From assembly GCA_015059425.1 (NCBI GenBank), contig SVAM01000006.1:14017-78016 (forward strand): a DNA stretch of 64,000 nucleotides, in the 5' to 3' direction. The DNA is from Bacillota bacterium (GTDB lineage Bacteria; Bacillota_I; Bacilli_A; RF39; UBA660). The notes beneath the pieces were generated by a model. It saw only the letters and a list, made by a program, of their open reading frames with translations, was not told where the DNA came from and made no database searches. This document shows, one piece after another, positions 1 through 9,887 of this stretch. Every line of letters starts with the position of its first letter. Position 1 is the stretch's first letter. The translations under genes and the position numbers were made by a program.

Positions 1-1
1 A

Positions 2-97
2 GATAAATTTAAACTAGAACAAGTAGAAAAAATAGAACATTTTATAGATAATATTACTTTAAAAAATTTAGAGAAATTAAATAATATTATAAATTAA
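2..97 (+). CDS. 3-prime end of an unidentified gene entering from the left edge (partial)
   Basis: Frame open from the window edge (DKFKLEQVEKIEHFIDNITLKNLEKLNNIIN*). Stop TAA at 95-97 is followed directly by a palindromic terminator. Confidence 0.3.
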   Translation, partial: DKFKLEQVEKIEHFIDNITLKNLEKLNNIIN

Positions 98-124
98 AAA
101 AAGTATTGTTAACAATACTTTTTA
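96..124. terminator. Bidirectional rho-independent terminator between convergent genes
   Basis: Perfect palindrome aagtattgtt/aacaatactt (101-120), flanked by an A-run upstream and a T-run downstream. Confidence 0.7.
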
Positions 125-820
125 ACTAAATAAATAACTAATTAATACAGGAGCAAGTATAATAAGCATCATAATAGGCACAAAAAATATAACACTTATT
201 ACACTAACTTTTGTGGGTAATTTTGCTATTTCAGCTTTAACATCTAACATTTGTTTTTCTCTTAAATAATCTATTTGAGTGTACATAGAATCTATAATAC
301 TATTTCCAAAAGTATTTGATTGTATCATATTAAGTATAGCATTATTTATTGTATCACTTGGAATTCTTTTTTTCATCGCTTCTAAACTTTCATTTAGGCT
401 TTTGCCAAGATTTACTTCTGCTAAAGTTTTTCTGAATTCTAAAGAAATTTCTGAATCTATATTTTCTGTTGTTAAATTAAGCGCATGTTTTAAACTTCTA
501 CCGCTTTCTAATGTTAAAGCTAATACTTCAAAAAAGAATAAAGCTTCTTTTTCTAATTTTTTTATTCTTTTCTTTACTGGATAATCGAGTACAATATATT
601 CTAATGTAAAATAGAATATTAATGATAATCCTAAAGCTAATATATAACCATATTTAGAAAATATTAAAGTTATAATAAATATACTTACTGTTAATAACAA
701 TCTTACAGTTAGAAAATCAAATGTATTATATGTATTATAAATTCCTAATAATTTAATTTTACTATCTATTTTTAAAATGGTTTTTTTAGGATAAATTTTA
801 TTTAATAAATTATTTTTCAT
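122..820 (-). CDS. tadC: Tad pilus inner-membrane platform protein, TadC-like (type II secretion system F family)
   Basis: Polytopic membrane protein with a central soluble T2SS-F-like segment. It overlaps the TadB-like gene by 4 nt and is last in the CpaF-TadB-TadC order. Confidence 0.7.
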   Translation of the reverse strand: MKNNLLNKIYPKKTILKIDSKIKLLGIYNTYNTFDFLTVRLLLTVSIFIITLIFSKYGYILALGLSLIFYFTLEYIVLDYPVKKRIKKLEKEALFFFEVLALTLESGRSLKHALNLTTENIDSEISLEFRKTLAEVNLGKSLNESLEAMKKRIPSDTINNAILNMIQSNTFGNSIIDSMYTQIDYLREKQMLDVKAEIAKLPTKVSVISVIFFVPIMMLIILAPVLISYLFS

Positions 821-1812
821 AATTCCACCCTTAAAACTTTCTTTATAACTAAAATATATAAAATATATAATAATATAGTAAATACTAAAACAATTATTCC
901 AAAAGGTGTAGTAATCATTGGGTTAAAATAAGTTGGGTTTAATATGAAAATAATAGATATTAATATAAAAGGCATTGCTACTAACATTTTAAATACAAAA
1001 TTACTAGATGCTGTTAAACTATTTAGTTCGTTTTTTAAATTCTTTTTATCAAATATTGATTTTTCAATCATAGAAAATACTTTTACAATATCTCCACCTG
1101 TTTTATTAAGTAATGTTAATGATGAAGTAATATATTTTGCATCTTCTAACTCTACTCTTTCATAAAATCTTTTAAAAACTAAATCCAAATCTAGTCCATA
1201 AGTAATATCAAGATATATTTTTTCAAACTCATCTTGAATTGGTCCTTTAAGCTCTTTTTTTACAGTTTCTACCGCTTGTATAATATTTCTACCACTACTA
1301 AAAGCATTGTTCATAATTATTATAGCTTTTAGTAAATCTTCTTCTACTTTTTTTCTTTTTTTAGAATATTCTATATTAAGCATAATATCTGGTATAAAGA
1401 AACTTATAATAAATATTGTTAGTAAGAACATAAAATCTATATTTATTTCATGAAACATTTGAGTTATAAAACTAAGAACTATAACTATAAATCCTAATAA
1501 TAATTTTATAGATATATAATCCATTCCCTCTTTTTCATTTCTATTTTCATATGAAATATATTTCTCATATTTTAAAGCATATTTTTTTAATATTTCAGAT
1601 TTTATTAAAATTTTAGATAACTTTTTTATTATCTTAGAGATATTTTCATAAAGATTATCAAATAAAGATAATTCATTATCTTTATTTGATACTATTGAAA
1701 AAGGTGCAATTCTTTTTTCAAGTTTTACCGCACGATAAAGACGAAGTAAATATAGTATTACTCCAATAACTAATAATATTAAGAAAATTTGTAATATTTT
1801 TACTCCATCCAT
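817..1812 (-). CDS. tadB: Tad pilus inner-membrane platform protein, TadB-like (type II secretion system F family)
   Basis: N- and C-terminal TM segments flank a soluble T2SS-F-like domain. The gene sits immediately downstream of the CpaF ATPase. Start moved to ATG at 1812 (MDGVKIL), which has a GGGTG RBS. Confidence 0.7.
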   Translation of the reverse strand: MDGVKILQIFLILLVIGVILYLLRLYRAVKLEKRIAPFSIVSNKDNELSLFDNLYENISKIIKKLSKILIKSEILKKYALKYEKYISYENRNEKEGMDYISIKLLLGFIVIVLSFITQMFHEINIDFMFLLTIFIISFFIPDIMLNIEYSKKRKKVEEDLLKAIIIMNNAFSSGRNIIQAVETVKKELKGPIQDEFEKIYLDITYGLDLDLVFKRFYERVELEDAKYITSSLTLLNKTGGDIVKVFSMIEKSIFDKKNLKNELNSLTASSNFVFKMLVAMPFILISIIFILNPTYFNPMITTPFGIIVLVFTILLYILYILVIKKVLRVEL

Positions 1813-1828
1813 ATTAACACCCAAATCT

Positions 1829-3271
1829 TTATTTTATTCCGTCATATTTGCCTTTATCTGCAATAACTTTTGTTTTAACTGTTTTTTCTTCTGTTTCTTT
1901 TTTAGTAATTTTTTTTACTTTTTCCTCAGTTATTTTTTTTGTTTTTTCAGGGAAGAAAATATCATCAATATCTTCAATTCCTCTGGCTTTTATTTTCTTA
2001 TAAACACGAGGTATCCCTTCATATAATGTAAATTCTCCATCTACTTCACCAGTTTCAGTTAAGCCAAATTGATTGAAAGCAAATATTTCTTTTAATTTAA
2101 TTTCTCCGTTTTCATATCCTTCAATTTCAGAAATACTTGTTACTTTTCTTCTACCATCGCTCATTCTTTCAATATTAACTATTAAATCAATTGCACTAAA
2201 AATATATTCTCTAATTGCTTTTATTGGTATTTCTATTCCACCCATTAAAACCATTGTTTCTAATCTATTTAATGCATCAATTGGTCCATTAGCATGCATC
2301 GTAGTTAATGAGCCATCATGACCTGTATTCATTGCCTGTAACATATCAAAAGCCTCTTTACCTCTAACTTCTCCTACAACAATTCTATCAGGTCTCATAC
2401 GTAGGGAATTAATTACTAAATCACGTATAGTAATTTCATTATCATTACCATAATTTGTATTTCTTGTTTCTAAAGATATAACATGACTTTGATTTAATTT
2501 TAATTCCGCAGCATCTTCTATAGTAATTATACGTTCATTATCTCCTATAAAGCCACTTAATATATTAAGTAATGTTGTTTTACCAGAACCTGTTCCTCCA
2601 CAAATAATCATGTTACATTTTCCTCTTACCGCAGCATCTAAAAATCTTGCCATGTAAGGTGTTAAAGTACCTATTCTAATAAGTTCATCTATATTAGACA
2701 TAGATTCTCTAAATTTACGAATTGTAACTACCGGTCCTTTTGTTGATAAAGGAGGAATTACAGCATTAATTCTTGAACCATCAAGTAATCTTGAATCTAC
2801 CATTGGATTATTTGAATCAATAGTTCTACCTACTGGACCAATTAATCTTTGAACAGTTCTTATAATATGTTCATCATTAATAAATGAAACACTATCATCA
2901 CGAGAAATTACACCATCTATTTCAATATACACTTCATTAGGAGAATTTACCATTATTTCTGTAACATTATCGCTATTTAATAATTCTGTTATTGGTCCAT
3001 AGCCATTTATCTCATTATCTATTAAATTAAATAAATGGCTGCGTTCTAAATTTGATAGATCATAACCCTCTATCGCTTCATCAATCTTTTCATTTACCCA
3101 TTCATTTAAAGAAATATTGCTAGGCATATCATTATCAATTAAAGACTCTACAATTTCTGTTCTAAACTTATCTAATAATTTTTTATCTTGAAATATTTCA
3201 TAGTCGCTTAGAATATTTATATTTTTTTGCTTTATTTTAATATCAAAAGCTTCTCTTAAAGTTTGTTTCAT
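1829..3271 (-). CDS. cpaF: CpaF/TadA family type IV filament secretion ATPase
   Basis: Walker [14 protein letters not shown], Asp box [10 protein letters not shown], Walker B/His box [12 protein letters not shown]...[12 protein letters not shown]. These are typical of the VirB11/CpaF family. Confidence 0.95.
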   Translation of the reverse strand: MKQTLREAFDIKIKQKNINILSDYEIFQDKKLLDKFRTEIVESLIDNDMPSNISLNEWVNEKIDEAIEGYDLSNLERSHLFNLIDNEINGYGPITELLNSDNVTEIMVNSPNEVYIEIDGVISRDDSVSFINDEHIIRTVQRLIGPVGRTIDSNNPMVDSRLLDGSRINAVIPPLSTKGPVVTIRKFRESMSNIDELIRIGTLTPYMARFLDAAVRGKCNMIICGGTGSGKTTLLNILSGFIGDNERIITIEDAAELKLNQSHVISLETRNTNYGNDNEITIRDLVINSLRMRPDRIVVGEVRGKEAFDMLQAMNTGHDGSLTTMHANGPIDALNRLETMVLMGGIEIPIKAIREYIFSAIDLIVNIERMSDGRRKVTSISEIEGYENGEIKLKEIFAFNQFGLTETGEVDGEFTLYEGIPRVYKKIKARGIEDIDDIFFPEKTKKITEEKVKKITKKETEEKTVKTKVIADKGKYDGIK

Positions 3272-4029
3272 TATTCTTCCTCCTTATACATATCAGTTAT
3301 TATTTGCATAAGAGTTGTATAATCTTTTGAAAAAGTAAGTGGAGCTTTACTATCTAATGTAATAATTTTGCCATTCATAACAAATGTATCAATGTTTTTA
3401 ATAAAGAAATCTTTACTTATCACATAGTCAATATTTGCTTTGATAATATTTTTTATATCGTATAGCCCAAAATATTTTTTAAATGGAGATATACTTTCAT
3501 TTAAAATAATTTTGTAATTATCATAATTAACATCTTTTAATATAGCAATTAAACTTCGCATGTTTTTTAAATCCAAAGGATCATTTGTAACTATAAATAA
3601 TAGATTATCTACTAAATCCATAGTTAAGATATTAAAATCATCTAAATTATGATTTGTATCTATTAAAACAATATCATAATTATATACCGCTTTATCTAGA
3701 ATTAGTTCAACATATTTTGGATCTATTTTCCCTGCTTGTCTAGGGTCTTTAGGGCTTGCCAAAACATCAATTGAATCATCATAACTTACTACATAATTTT
3801 TAAAATCTTTATAACGATTATTATTATAATCATCAACAAAATTATAAACACTTCTTGGTGATTGTAAATTTAAGGCTGCACTAATACCTCCACCGGCAAG
3901 ATCAAAATCTACAATTAAAACTTTTTTATTTAAAGTTTCAAATATACCAGCTAGATTTAAAGTAGTAATAGTCTTCCCTACTCCACCTTTAGCAGATGAT
4001 ATACATATTGATAATCCTTTATTCTTCAT
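3271..4029 (-). CDS. TadZ/CpaE-like ParA/MinD-family ATPase (pilus assembly localisation factor)
   Basis: Deviant Walker A SSAKGGVGKTITT, then VLIVDFDL. The gene abuts the cpaF start codon. Confidence 0.85.
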   Translation of the reverse strand: MKNKGLSICISSAKGGVGKTITTLNLAGIFETLNKKVLIVDFDLAGGGISAALNLQSPRSVYNFVDDYNNNRYKDFKNYVVSYDDSIDVLASPKDPRQAGKIDPKYVELILDKAVYNYDIVLIDTNHNLDDFNILTMDLVDNLLFIVTNDPLDLKNMRSLIAILKDVNYDNYKIILNESISPFKKYFGLYDIKNIIKANIDYVISKDFFIKNIDTFVMNGKIITLDSKAPLTFSKDYTTLMQIITDMYKEEE

Positions 4030-4046
4030 TTTTATTCACCCTCTAA

Positions 4047-4412
4047 TTATTCAAATATTACTCTTTCATTTTGATATTCACCAATAATATTAATTTTTAT
4101 ATCATATTCTGTAATACCAATTATTGAGCCAAATACACTTTTAATACTTATTTTATTTTTTATTTCGATTTTTTTATTTATTTTATTTATTTCTAAATTA
4201 TCTATTAAAATATCGTTTTTTATAAATAATTCTTTAGCTTCACTTTCATTAATTTTATCTTTTAATAAATCTTTAATAACCATTTTAGTTACTTCTTCAA
4301 TATGATTTTTCTTGTTAGTAACTATGCCTGTATCCACAATAATAGCCATTAAAATAATTATTAATGGAATTAATAAAACAAACAAAACTAAAGTTTGACC
4401 ATGCTTATTCAT
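4047..4412 (-). CDS. TadE/TadG-like minor pilin / pilus assembly protein
   Basis: N-terminus MNKHGQTLVLFVLLIPLIIILMAIIVDTG resembles the TadE/G-like N-terminal helix. Located inside the Tad operon. Confidence 0.6.
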   Translation of the reverse strand: MNKHGQTLVLFVLLIPLIIILMAIIVDTGIVTNKKNHIEEVTKMVIKDLLKDKINESEAKELFIKNDILIDNLEINKINKKIEIKNKISIKSVFGSIIGITEYDIKINIIGEYQNERVIFE

Positions 4413-4749
4413 TTATTATACTCCTACTTATTTCTAATTTATATGGATTATTAAAAATTAAATTTAATCCTGGAGTAATAAGCTCTATTTCTTTAATAAG
4501 TTTTACATTTGTATATTCTTTATCATTGTTAATAACTATGGAATATTTGTTATCTAATTTTAACTTATTTTTGATATCTTCAACATTATCATTTTTTTCA
4601 TAATAAGTAACTACATCAGATATAACATCTTCCACAACAATTTTAGAATATAAAATCTTACCAATATCTATAATTCCTAATAATAACATTATAAAAATTG
4701 GTAAAATAATAATAAATTCAACTAAAGCTTGTCCCTTTTTATTCATCAT
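4405..4749 (-). CDS. TadE-like minor pilin
   Basis: N-terminus MMNKKGQALVEFIIILPIFIMLLLGIIDIG matches the G/QALVEF prepilin-type motif of TadE proteins. Confidence 0.7.
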   Translation of the reverse strand: MMNKKGQALVEFIIILPIFIMLLLGIIDIGKILYSKIVVEDVISDVVTYYEKNDNVEDIKNKLKLDNKYSIVINNDKEYTNVKLIKEIELITPGLNLIFNNPYKLEISRSIINE

Positions 4750-4773
4750 ACTACCCCTTTTTTAGATTTTAAG

Positions 4774-4983
4774 TTACTCAGTTTTTTTATCTAAATCACC
4801 ACTACAATATGCTTCTCCAGGCTTATTTCCTTTAAAATATTCTTCATCAACTAAACTACATGAAGTTTTAGTTATTGCATCTTTTAAATACCCACCTAAA
4901 TAGTTAACAAGTGATATTGCAATTACACTTATTAATGCAATAATAAGAATATATTCAACTAAAGCTTGTCCTCGCTTATTCAT
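4774..4983 (-). CDS. flp: Flp family type IVb pilin (major Tad pilin)
   Basis: MNKRGQALVEYILIIALISVIAI contains the Flp motif G/xxxxEY followed by a hydrophobic helix. Start moved to the internal ATG at 4983, which has an AGGGTGA RBS. Product is 69 aa with 2 Cys in the tail. Confidence 0.85.
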   Translation of the reverse strand: MNKRGQALVEYILIIALISVIAISLVNYLGGYLKDAITKTSCSLVDEEYFKGNKPGEAYCSGDLDKKTE

Positions 4984-5006
4984 AACTTTCACCCTTATCA
5001 TAAATA

Positions 5007-5035
5007 ATCATATAATAAAATCATATAAAAGTCAA
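5007..5035 (-). promoter_or_regulatory. Sigma-A type promoter of the flp-tad operon
   Basis: Minus strand reads TTGACT-17 nt-TATGAT, about 25 nt upstream of the flp start. Confidence 0.55.
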
Positions 5036-5099
5036 TTTCTGAACTCAAAAAAAGTAATATTTTTATGCCTATTATGATACAATTATTATAGGTGATAAA

Positions 5100-5429
5100 A
5101 TGTACTTAAAAATAAATAAAAATAGCTATGATATTGTATTAGCAAATAATTTTTATAAAAGATTAACTGGACTTATTGGTAAAACAAATATAGATTATGG
5201 TATGTTATTTCCAAAATGTAATTCAATCCATACTTATTTTATGAAGGAAAATATTGATGTGATTGGCTTAGATGAGAATAATGAAGTTATTTATAAATAC
5301 GAAAATTTACCTAAAAATAAAGTTATAAAGATAAATAATGAAAGAAAAAAAACTAATATTTTAGAGTTACCAGCTAACTCAAGTAAAAAAATTAAAATCG
5401 GAACTATTCTAATTATTGAGGAAGACTAA
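5100..5429 (+). CDS. DUF192 family protein
   Basis: 109 aa. The pattern ...RLTGLIGK...GMLFPKCNSIHTYFM...IDVIGLD resembles DUF192/COG1430. Divergent from the flp operon. Confidence 0.55.
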   Translation: MYLKINKNSYDIVLANNFYKRLTGLIGKTNIDYGMLFPKCNSIHTYFMKENIDVIGLDENNEVIYKYENLPKNKVIKINNERKKTNILELPANSSKKIKIGTILIIEED

Positions 5430-5465
5430 TAATCTTTCTTTTTAATTTAATTTAAATTCAACCAC

Positions 5466-5492
5466 AAAAAAAGTACATTTAATGTACTTTTT
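5466..5492. terminator. Bidirectional terminator between DUF192 gene and obg
   Basis: Hairpin agtacatt-t-aatgtact, flanked by an A-run and a T-run. Confidence 0.7.
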
Positions 5493-5493
5493 A

Positions 5494-6768
5494 TTATTCT
5501 TTAAACTCAAAAATATAATCACAGATTTGAACTTCATCTCCACGTTTTGCTCCCAAACGTTCAAGTTCCTCATCAACACCCATACCTTTTAATTTACGTG
5601 CAAAACGTATTACAGCATCATCTTCGTTAAATCTTGTCATTTTAAACAATTTTTCAAGTTCTTTACCTTCTAATAACCAGACATCATCAAGTTTAGTAAT
5701 AGTAAAAGGTCTTTCGTTTTTAAATTTATACATAACATGACTTTCGTATTCAGCTTCATCATATAATGGATCATTATCTATGATATCTAAAGTATCTGCT
5801 AATTTACACATTAACTCATCAAATCCAATATTTGTTACTGAACTAATTGGAATAATTTCTTTATCTGAAAAAGCTTTTTTAAACTCTATTAAATTAGCTT
5901 CTGCATTTTCTAAATCCATTTTATTAGCAATAATTATCTCTTTTTTATTTGCAAGTTTTTCATTATATTTTTCGATTTCTGAACGAATAGTTTTGTAATC
6001 TTCAACAGGATTTCTTCCTTCTTCACTTCCCATATCAATTACATGAGCTAGAATTTTGGTACGCATCGCATGTCTTAAAAATTTATGTCCTAACCCTATG
6101 CCTTCATGTGCTCCTTCAATTAATCCAGGCAAATCTGCCATAATAAAAGAACGTTCATCTTTTAATTTAACAACACCCAAATTTGGAGCTAAAGTTGTAA
6201 AATGATAACTAGCAATTTTAGGAGTCGCTGCACTTATAACAGATAAAATTGTAGATTTACCAACACTTGGGAAACCAATTAATCCAACATCAGCAATCAT
6301 TTTAAGTTCAACTTTTAATATTCTAATTTCTCCCGGTTCTCCAAGTTCGCTAAATTTAGGAGCAGTATCTGTTTGAGTTTTAAATGCAACATTCCCTCTT
6401 CCACCTCTGCCACCATGTGCAACAATTACTTCTGTATTTTCTCCAACTAAGTCTGCAATAACTAAATTAGTATCGGCATCAATTACAGTAGTACCTTCTG
6501 GCACTTTAATAATTATATCTTCTGCATTAGCGCCATTTCTATTTTGGCCACTACCATTTTGTCCTTTATTACCTTTAATGATTTTCATATAACGTAAGTC
6601 AACTAATGTTTTTAAACCTTTATCTACTTTAAAAATGATACTAGCCCCTTTACCACCATTACCGCCATTTGGTCCCCCCATAGGTTCGCATTTTTCTCTT
6701 CTAAAAGATGTACATCCATCTCCACCTTTACCTGCTATAACTTTAATTGTTAATTCATCTACAAACAT
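5494..6768 (-). CDS. obg: GTPase Obg/CgtA
   Basis: Gly-rich Obg fold (GGDGCTSFRREK...GGNGGKGASI), G1 GFPSVGKST, G3 DLPGLIEGA, G4 NKMD, and a C-terminal OCT domain. Confidence 0.97.
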   Translation of the reverse strand: MFVDELTIKVIAGKGGDGCTSFRREKCEPMGGPNGGNGGKGASIIFKVDKGLKTLVDLRYMKIIKGNKGQNGSGQNRNGANAEDIIIKVPEGTTVIDADTNLVIADLVGENTEVIVAHGGRGGRGNVAFKTQTDTAPKFSELGEPGEIRILKVELKMIADVGLIGFPSVGKSTILSVISAATPKIASYHFTTLAPNLGVVKLKDERSFIMADLPGLIEGAHEGIGLGHKFLRHAMRTKILAHVIDMGSEEGRNPVEDYKTIRSEIEKYNEKLANKKEIIIANKMDLENAEANLIEFKKAFSDKEIIPISSVTNIGFDELMCKLADTLDIIDNDPLYDEAEYESHVMYKFKNERPFTITKLDDVWLLEGKELEKLFKMTRFNEDDAVIRFARKLKGMGVDEELERLGAKRGDEVQICDYIFEFKE

Positions 6769-6784
6769 TTAATTCACCTTATCT

Positions 6785-7504
6785 TTATTTAATTTCTATA
6801 TCTTCATATGTATTTATCTTTTCTTTATTTATTTTACTATCTTTAATAAAATATTTATATTCTTCTATAATATTTTTCTTTTTAGTACTTTTATCCTCTA
6901 AAACATATAATTCATTATCTTTAATTTTGACTAAATATAAATCATCATCTTTTTTATATGAATCTAATAAATCAGATATATACTCTTTATTATTAAACAA
7001 AATTATACCATTTTTATCTGAAACTAATTTTCCATTATCATCAAAAATGAAATACTTTTGTAAAACATTATCTTTTTTATAACCAATTTTGATTATTAAA
7101 TAATCTTTATCTGTACTTATAATTTGAAAGCTTTTTTCATCAAACCCTATTATATTAAAAGTATTTTTATCTTTTGTTAAATCCTCTAAAAAACATTTTT
7201 CACAATCAAGTACATCTTGTTTTATAATTAAATTCCCATCTAAATATATATTTAAATCAACATTATTTTTTTCTTCATCAACCATATATTCTAATTTAAC
7301 TTTGTACTTTTCTTCATTTAAGTAAATATTATATATTTCTGCTAAAATATTATTAGATAAATTAGAACTTACTTTAACAATCGTTTTTGTTACTTTTTGT
7401 GTTGTTTCTTTTTTTACTCCTGCATTAAAAAGAATAAAACCAGTATATCCTATAATACTTGTTAAAGCTACAAATAAAATAATCATACTAATTATTTTTT
7501 TCAT
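6785..7504 (-). CDS. Membrane-anchored hypothetical protein
   Basis: N-terminal signal/anchor MKKIISMIILFVALTSIIGYTGF followed by a Lys/Asp-rich soluble domain. No motif recognised. Confidence 0.5.
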   Translation of the reverse strand: MKKIISMIILFVALTSIIGYTGFILFNAGVKKETTQKVTKTIVKVSSNLSNNILAEIYNIYLNEEKYKVKLEYMVDEEKNNVDLNIYLDGNLIIKQDVLDCEKCFLEDLTKDKNTFNIIGFDEKSFQIISTDKDYLIIKIGYKKDNVLQKYFIFDDNGKLVSDKNGIILFNNKEYISDLLDSYKKDDDLYLVKIKDNELYVLEDKSTKKKNIIEEYKYFIKDSKINKEKINTYEDIEIK

Positions 7505-7554
7505 AAAAAAGCTCCTTTTCTGTTATATTATATCAACAATCTAATATTTTTAAA

Positions 7555-7584
7555 ACAAAAAAGTTACTATTTTTAATAGTAACT
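7555..7584 (-). terminator. Rho-independent terminator closing the pilin-like operon
   Basis: Hairpin agttactat/atagtaact (7562-7584), followed on the minus strand by a T-run. Confidence 0.65.
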
Positions 7585-8585
7585 TATTTAAAAATATTAA
7601 AAAGTTTGGTTTTATTAGAATTACTTCCATTGATTCTTGAAAAACCTAAAGCAACTAGGAAATCATCAAGCACTTGTATATGTTCTTTTTTATCATCAAC
7701 ATATGGTATATTGTAGAATACTTTACTGTCTGCCTCATGTTCAAAATCACTAATATCTTTACTTGTCAAAATACTTTTATTTAATATAATCTTTTTATCT
7801 TTTAGCTTTTCAAAAGCCTCTCGATCTTTACGAATTAATTTATTAAGTTTGATTAACCCAGGTTCTATGAGATAAACCACATCATTACATAGTTTTTCTT
7901 GCATTGAATCATTCAAATCTAATAAAATTACTTCTGCTTCAGGATGATTAGCTATATTAAAAGATAAATCTTGAGATATAGTAGATTGCAATGATTTATC
8001 ATTTAGATATTTAAAATCTTCACTATCAACTTCTATAGCAACAACATTATAAGCTACTTCTAAATGTTTTTTCAACATATAAACCAATGTAGTTGCACCA
8101 GCATGAGCAGTCACATTTTTAAAACCAATTATTCTTAAGCCGCCACTTGCAGTAGTAGAAGAAAATGTATCAATCCCAACAGACTCCATGTTAATTTCAT
8201 TTCCATTTAAATTATGATATTGCGCAACATCTTTATAAGAATTTGGATTATCTATTAAAAATTTAACAGCATTTATATTACGTGTAAAATTATAAATTCC
8301 CATTGATACTAATTGTGATAAATAAGCACCACTATTAACAGCGGCGGAATCATCAAGTAACACAATTATTTTACTTGTATCAAAATTAACGGATAATTTT
8401 TGAATATTTTTGATATTTTGATATCCTTTAATAGCAGTTAAATCTATAATCATTTTATTAAAATAAAAATTTGTAAACACACTAACTAACTCTTCAACAT
8501 CAAATTCGCCAGTAATTGTTTTTATAACATCAATATTTAATGTTCCAAGCATATTTTGATATTTATTAGAAACTATTACGTTCAT
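7584..8585 (-). CDS. TadZ-like protein: receiver-like N-domain plus ParA/MinD-like domain with degenerate P-loop
   Basis: The C-terminal half, RIIGFKNVTAHAGATTLVYMLKKHL..NVVAIEVDSED...VILLDLND, aligns with the KGGVGKTT..VLLVDLD pattern. The P-loop reads AHAGATT, with no GK[ST] lysine. The N-terminal ~120 aa has an alternating beta/alpha receiver-like pattern (..IIDLTA..KIIVLLDD). Confidence 0.5.
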   Translation of the reverse strand: MNVIVSNKYQNMLGTLNIDVIKTITGEFDVEELVSVFTNFYFNKMIIDLTAIKGYQNIKNIQKLSVNFDTSKIIVLLDDSAAVNSGAYLSQLVSMGIYNFTRNINAVKFLIDNPNSYKDVAQYHNLNGNEINMESVGIDTFSSTTASGGLRIIGFKNVTAHAGATTLVYMLKKHLEVAYNVVAIEVDSEDFKYLNDKSLQSTISQDLSFNIANHPEAEVILLDLNDSMQEKLCNDVVYLIEPGLIKLNKLIRKDREAFEKLKDKKIILNKSILTSKDISDFEHEADSKVFYNIPYVDDKKEHIQVLDDFLVALGFSRINGSNSNKTKLFNIFK

Positions 8586-8599
8586 TATGTCCCTTCTTT

Positions 8600-9088
8600 C
8601 TACTTACTATAATTATTATCATATCGAGGCGTATCATCATTAGAGTGAAAACTAGATGTAGTGCCTTTTATATTAAATTTAGAAGCATCACCTATAACAG
8701 GTAGATTAAAACTATAAAATAAAGTAATTTGATAATAATTTGTTAAATTAGGTGCTTTAAATTTTTTTACACAGTAATAATAATCCACACCATTTTCTGC
8801 TTCAACTAAATTTTTAGCATCTAAATCTACAGCGCCATAAACACCGCTTACTCCATCTTCACTTACGCATTTTGATTTAGCAATATAGCCATTTCTAATT
8901 AAATAATTATTTACTAATGAAATTGATTTATCATTTAAACCTTCATTTTTTTCAATCATAGTTAATATTTCATTTTTCTGTTTAACTACTTTATTATAAT
9001 TTATAGTTAGTACAATAAATCCAACAAAAAGTAGTATAAATAAAATCATTAATTGTAATAACCATGTAGTTCCTATTGACTGACGCAT
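8600..9088 (-). CDS. Pilin-like protein P4 (putative minor pilin, paralogue of P3)
   Basis: Leader MRQSIG followed by the hydrophobic helix TTWLLQLMILFILLFVGFIVL. Shares ..KC..EDG.., YYCVKK and F.LPVIG...F.IKGTT with the 9120-9596 product. 2 Cys. Confidence 0.5.
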   Translation of the reverse strand: MRQSIGTTWLLQLMILFILLFVGFIVLTINYNKVVKQKNEILTMIEKNEGLNDKSISLVNNYLIRNGYIAKSKCVSEDGVSGVYGAVDLDAKNLVEAENGVDYYYCVKKFKAPNLTNYYQITLFYSFNLPVIGDASKFNIKGTTSSFHSNDDTPRYDNNYSK

Positions 9089-9119
9089 ATTTCACCACCA
9101 TCTAATTATTAAAGTTTTT

Positions 9120-9596
9120 TTATTCATTAGGCGAATAAATTTTAGGTGTCTCACCTTTTACTGAAAATCTAAATAATTGCCCTATAATAGGTAGATCAAA
9201 TCTATAAAATACTTCTACTTGATAATAAACCACATTATTAAATTCTGAATTTCCAGCAGATATACTTTTTACACAAAATGCTACATTTTTATTTGGATCA
9301 TCAATTCTTAAACCATCTCTACCAAAGCCAATCCAACCATCTTCACATTTTCCACTATTTTGATAATTAACTTCTTTAAAATAATCCTGAATTTGAACAT
9401 AAAAATTATAACAAACTACATTAGTAGGATCATTTGAAGTACATATCCCATTTTGATTTTTAATAATATTTATAATTTCGTTTTTTATATTATATGCCTT
9501 AGAATAGTTAATTGATATACTTACATAACCTGTAAAAAGTAGCACAAATACAATAACAATGTTAAATAATGAAAAACCACCAATTGATTCTTTCAT
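9120..9596 (-). CDS. Pilin-like protein P3 (putative minor pilin)
   Basis: Leader MKESIG followed by the hydrophobic helix GFSLFNIVIVFVLLFTGYVSI. C-terminal FDLPIIGQLFRFSVKGET. 4 Cys. Confidence 0.5.
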   Translation of the reverse strand: MKESIGGFSLFNIVIVFVLLFTGYVSISINYSKAYNIKNEIINIIKNQNGICTSNDPTNVVCYNFYVQIQDYFKEVNYQNSGKCEDGWIGFGRDGLRIDDPNKNVAFCVKSISAGNSEFNNVVYYQVEVFYRFDLPIIGQLFRFSVKGETPKIYSPNE

Positions 9597-9615
9597 ATAG
9601 CCACCCCTTTAAAAA

Positions 9616-9858
9616 TTAACCTTTCCAAGCGCATGTAATTTCTTTCGTGCTTCCCTTTGCACGACAAGTATAGTCCTTACATACTCCACCTTCATAAGTT
9701 GGATCATTACACACACATATCGCTTCATCACAAGCAGTATTATTATCTAAATTAGCTTTAATTGTAGGCCATAAATAGCCAAAGAAAAAAAGAGACAACA
9801 TAGCTACTATAATTGCCACTATTACAGCTGCATTAAGTTCACCTGTAGCCTCTTTCAT
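9616..9858 (-). CDS. Small Cys-rich pilin-like protein P2 (80 aa)
   Basis: Leader MKEATG, then ELNAAVIVAIIVAMLSLFFFGYLWP, then a 6-Cys tail. Strong GGAGG RBS. Confidence 0.55.
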   Translation of the reverse strand: MKEATGELNAAVIVAIIVAMLSLFFFGYLWPTIKANLDNNTACDEAICVCNDPTYEGGVCKDYTCRAKGSTKEITCAWKG

Positions 9859-9887
9859 ATTCTTTTACCTCCTAAAAATAAATTATG

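Noticed and set aside
279-584. Plus-strand ORF inside tadC. The same applies to 944-1165, 2073-2321, 4364-4603, 5780-5998, 6747-7082, 18737-19078, 25270-25503, 33316-33606, 35348-35650, 36463-36654, 39717-39908, 44381-44587, 45681-45986, 49268-49486, 49696-50037, 50583-50765, 56423-56644, 57083-57289 and 59470-59700.
   Set aside because: All lie antisense within well-supported longer genes. Their composition is low-complexity and Ile/Phe/Leu/Ser-rich, as expected from reading AT-rich coding DNA backwards. They have no RBS and no recognisable motifs.
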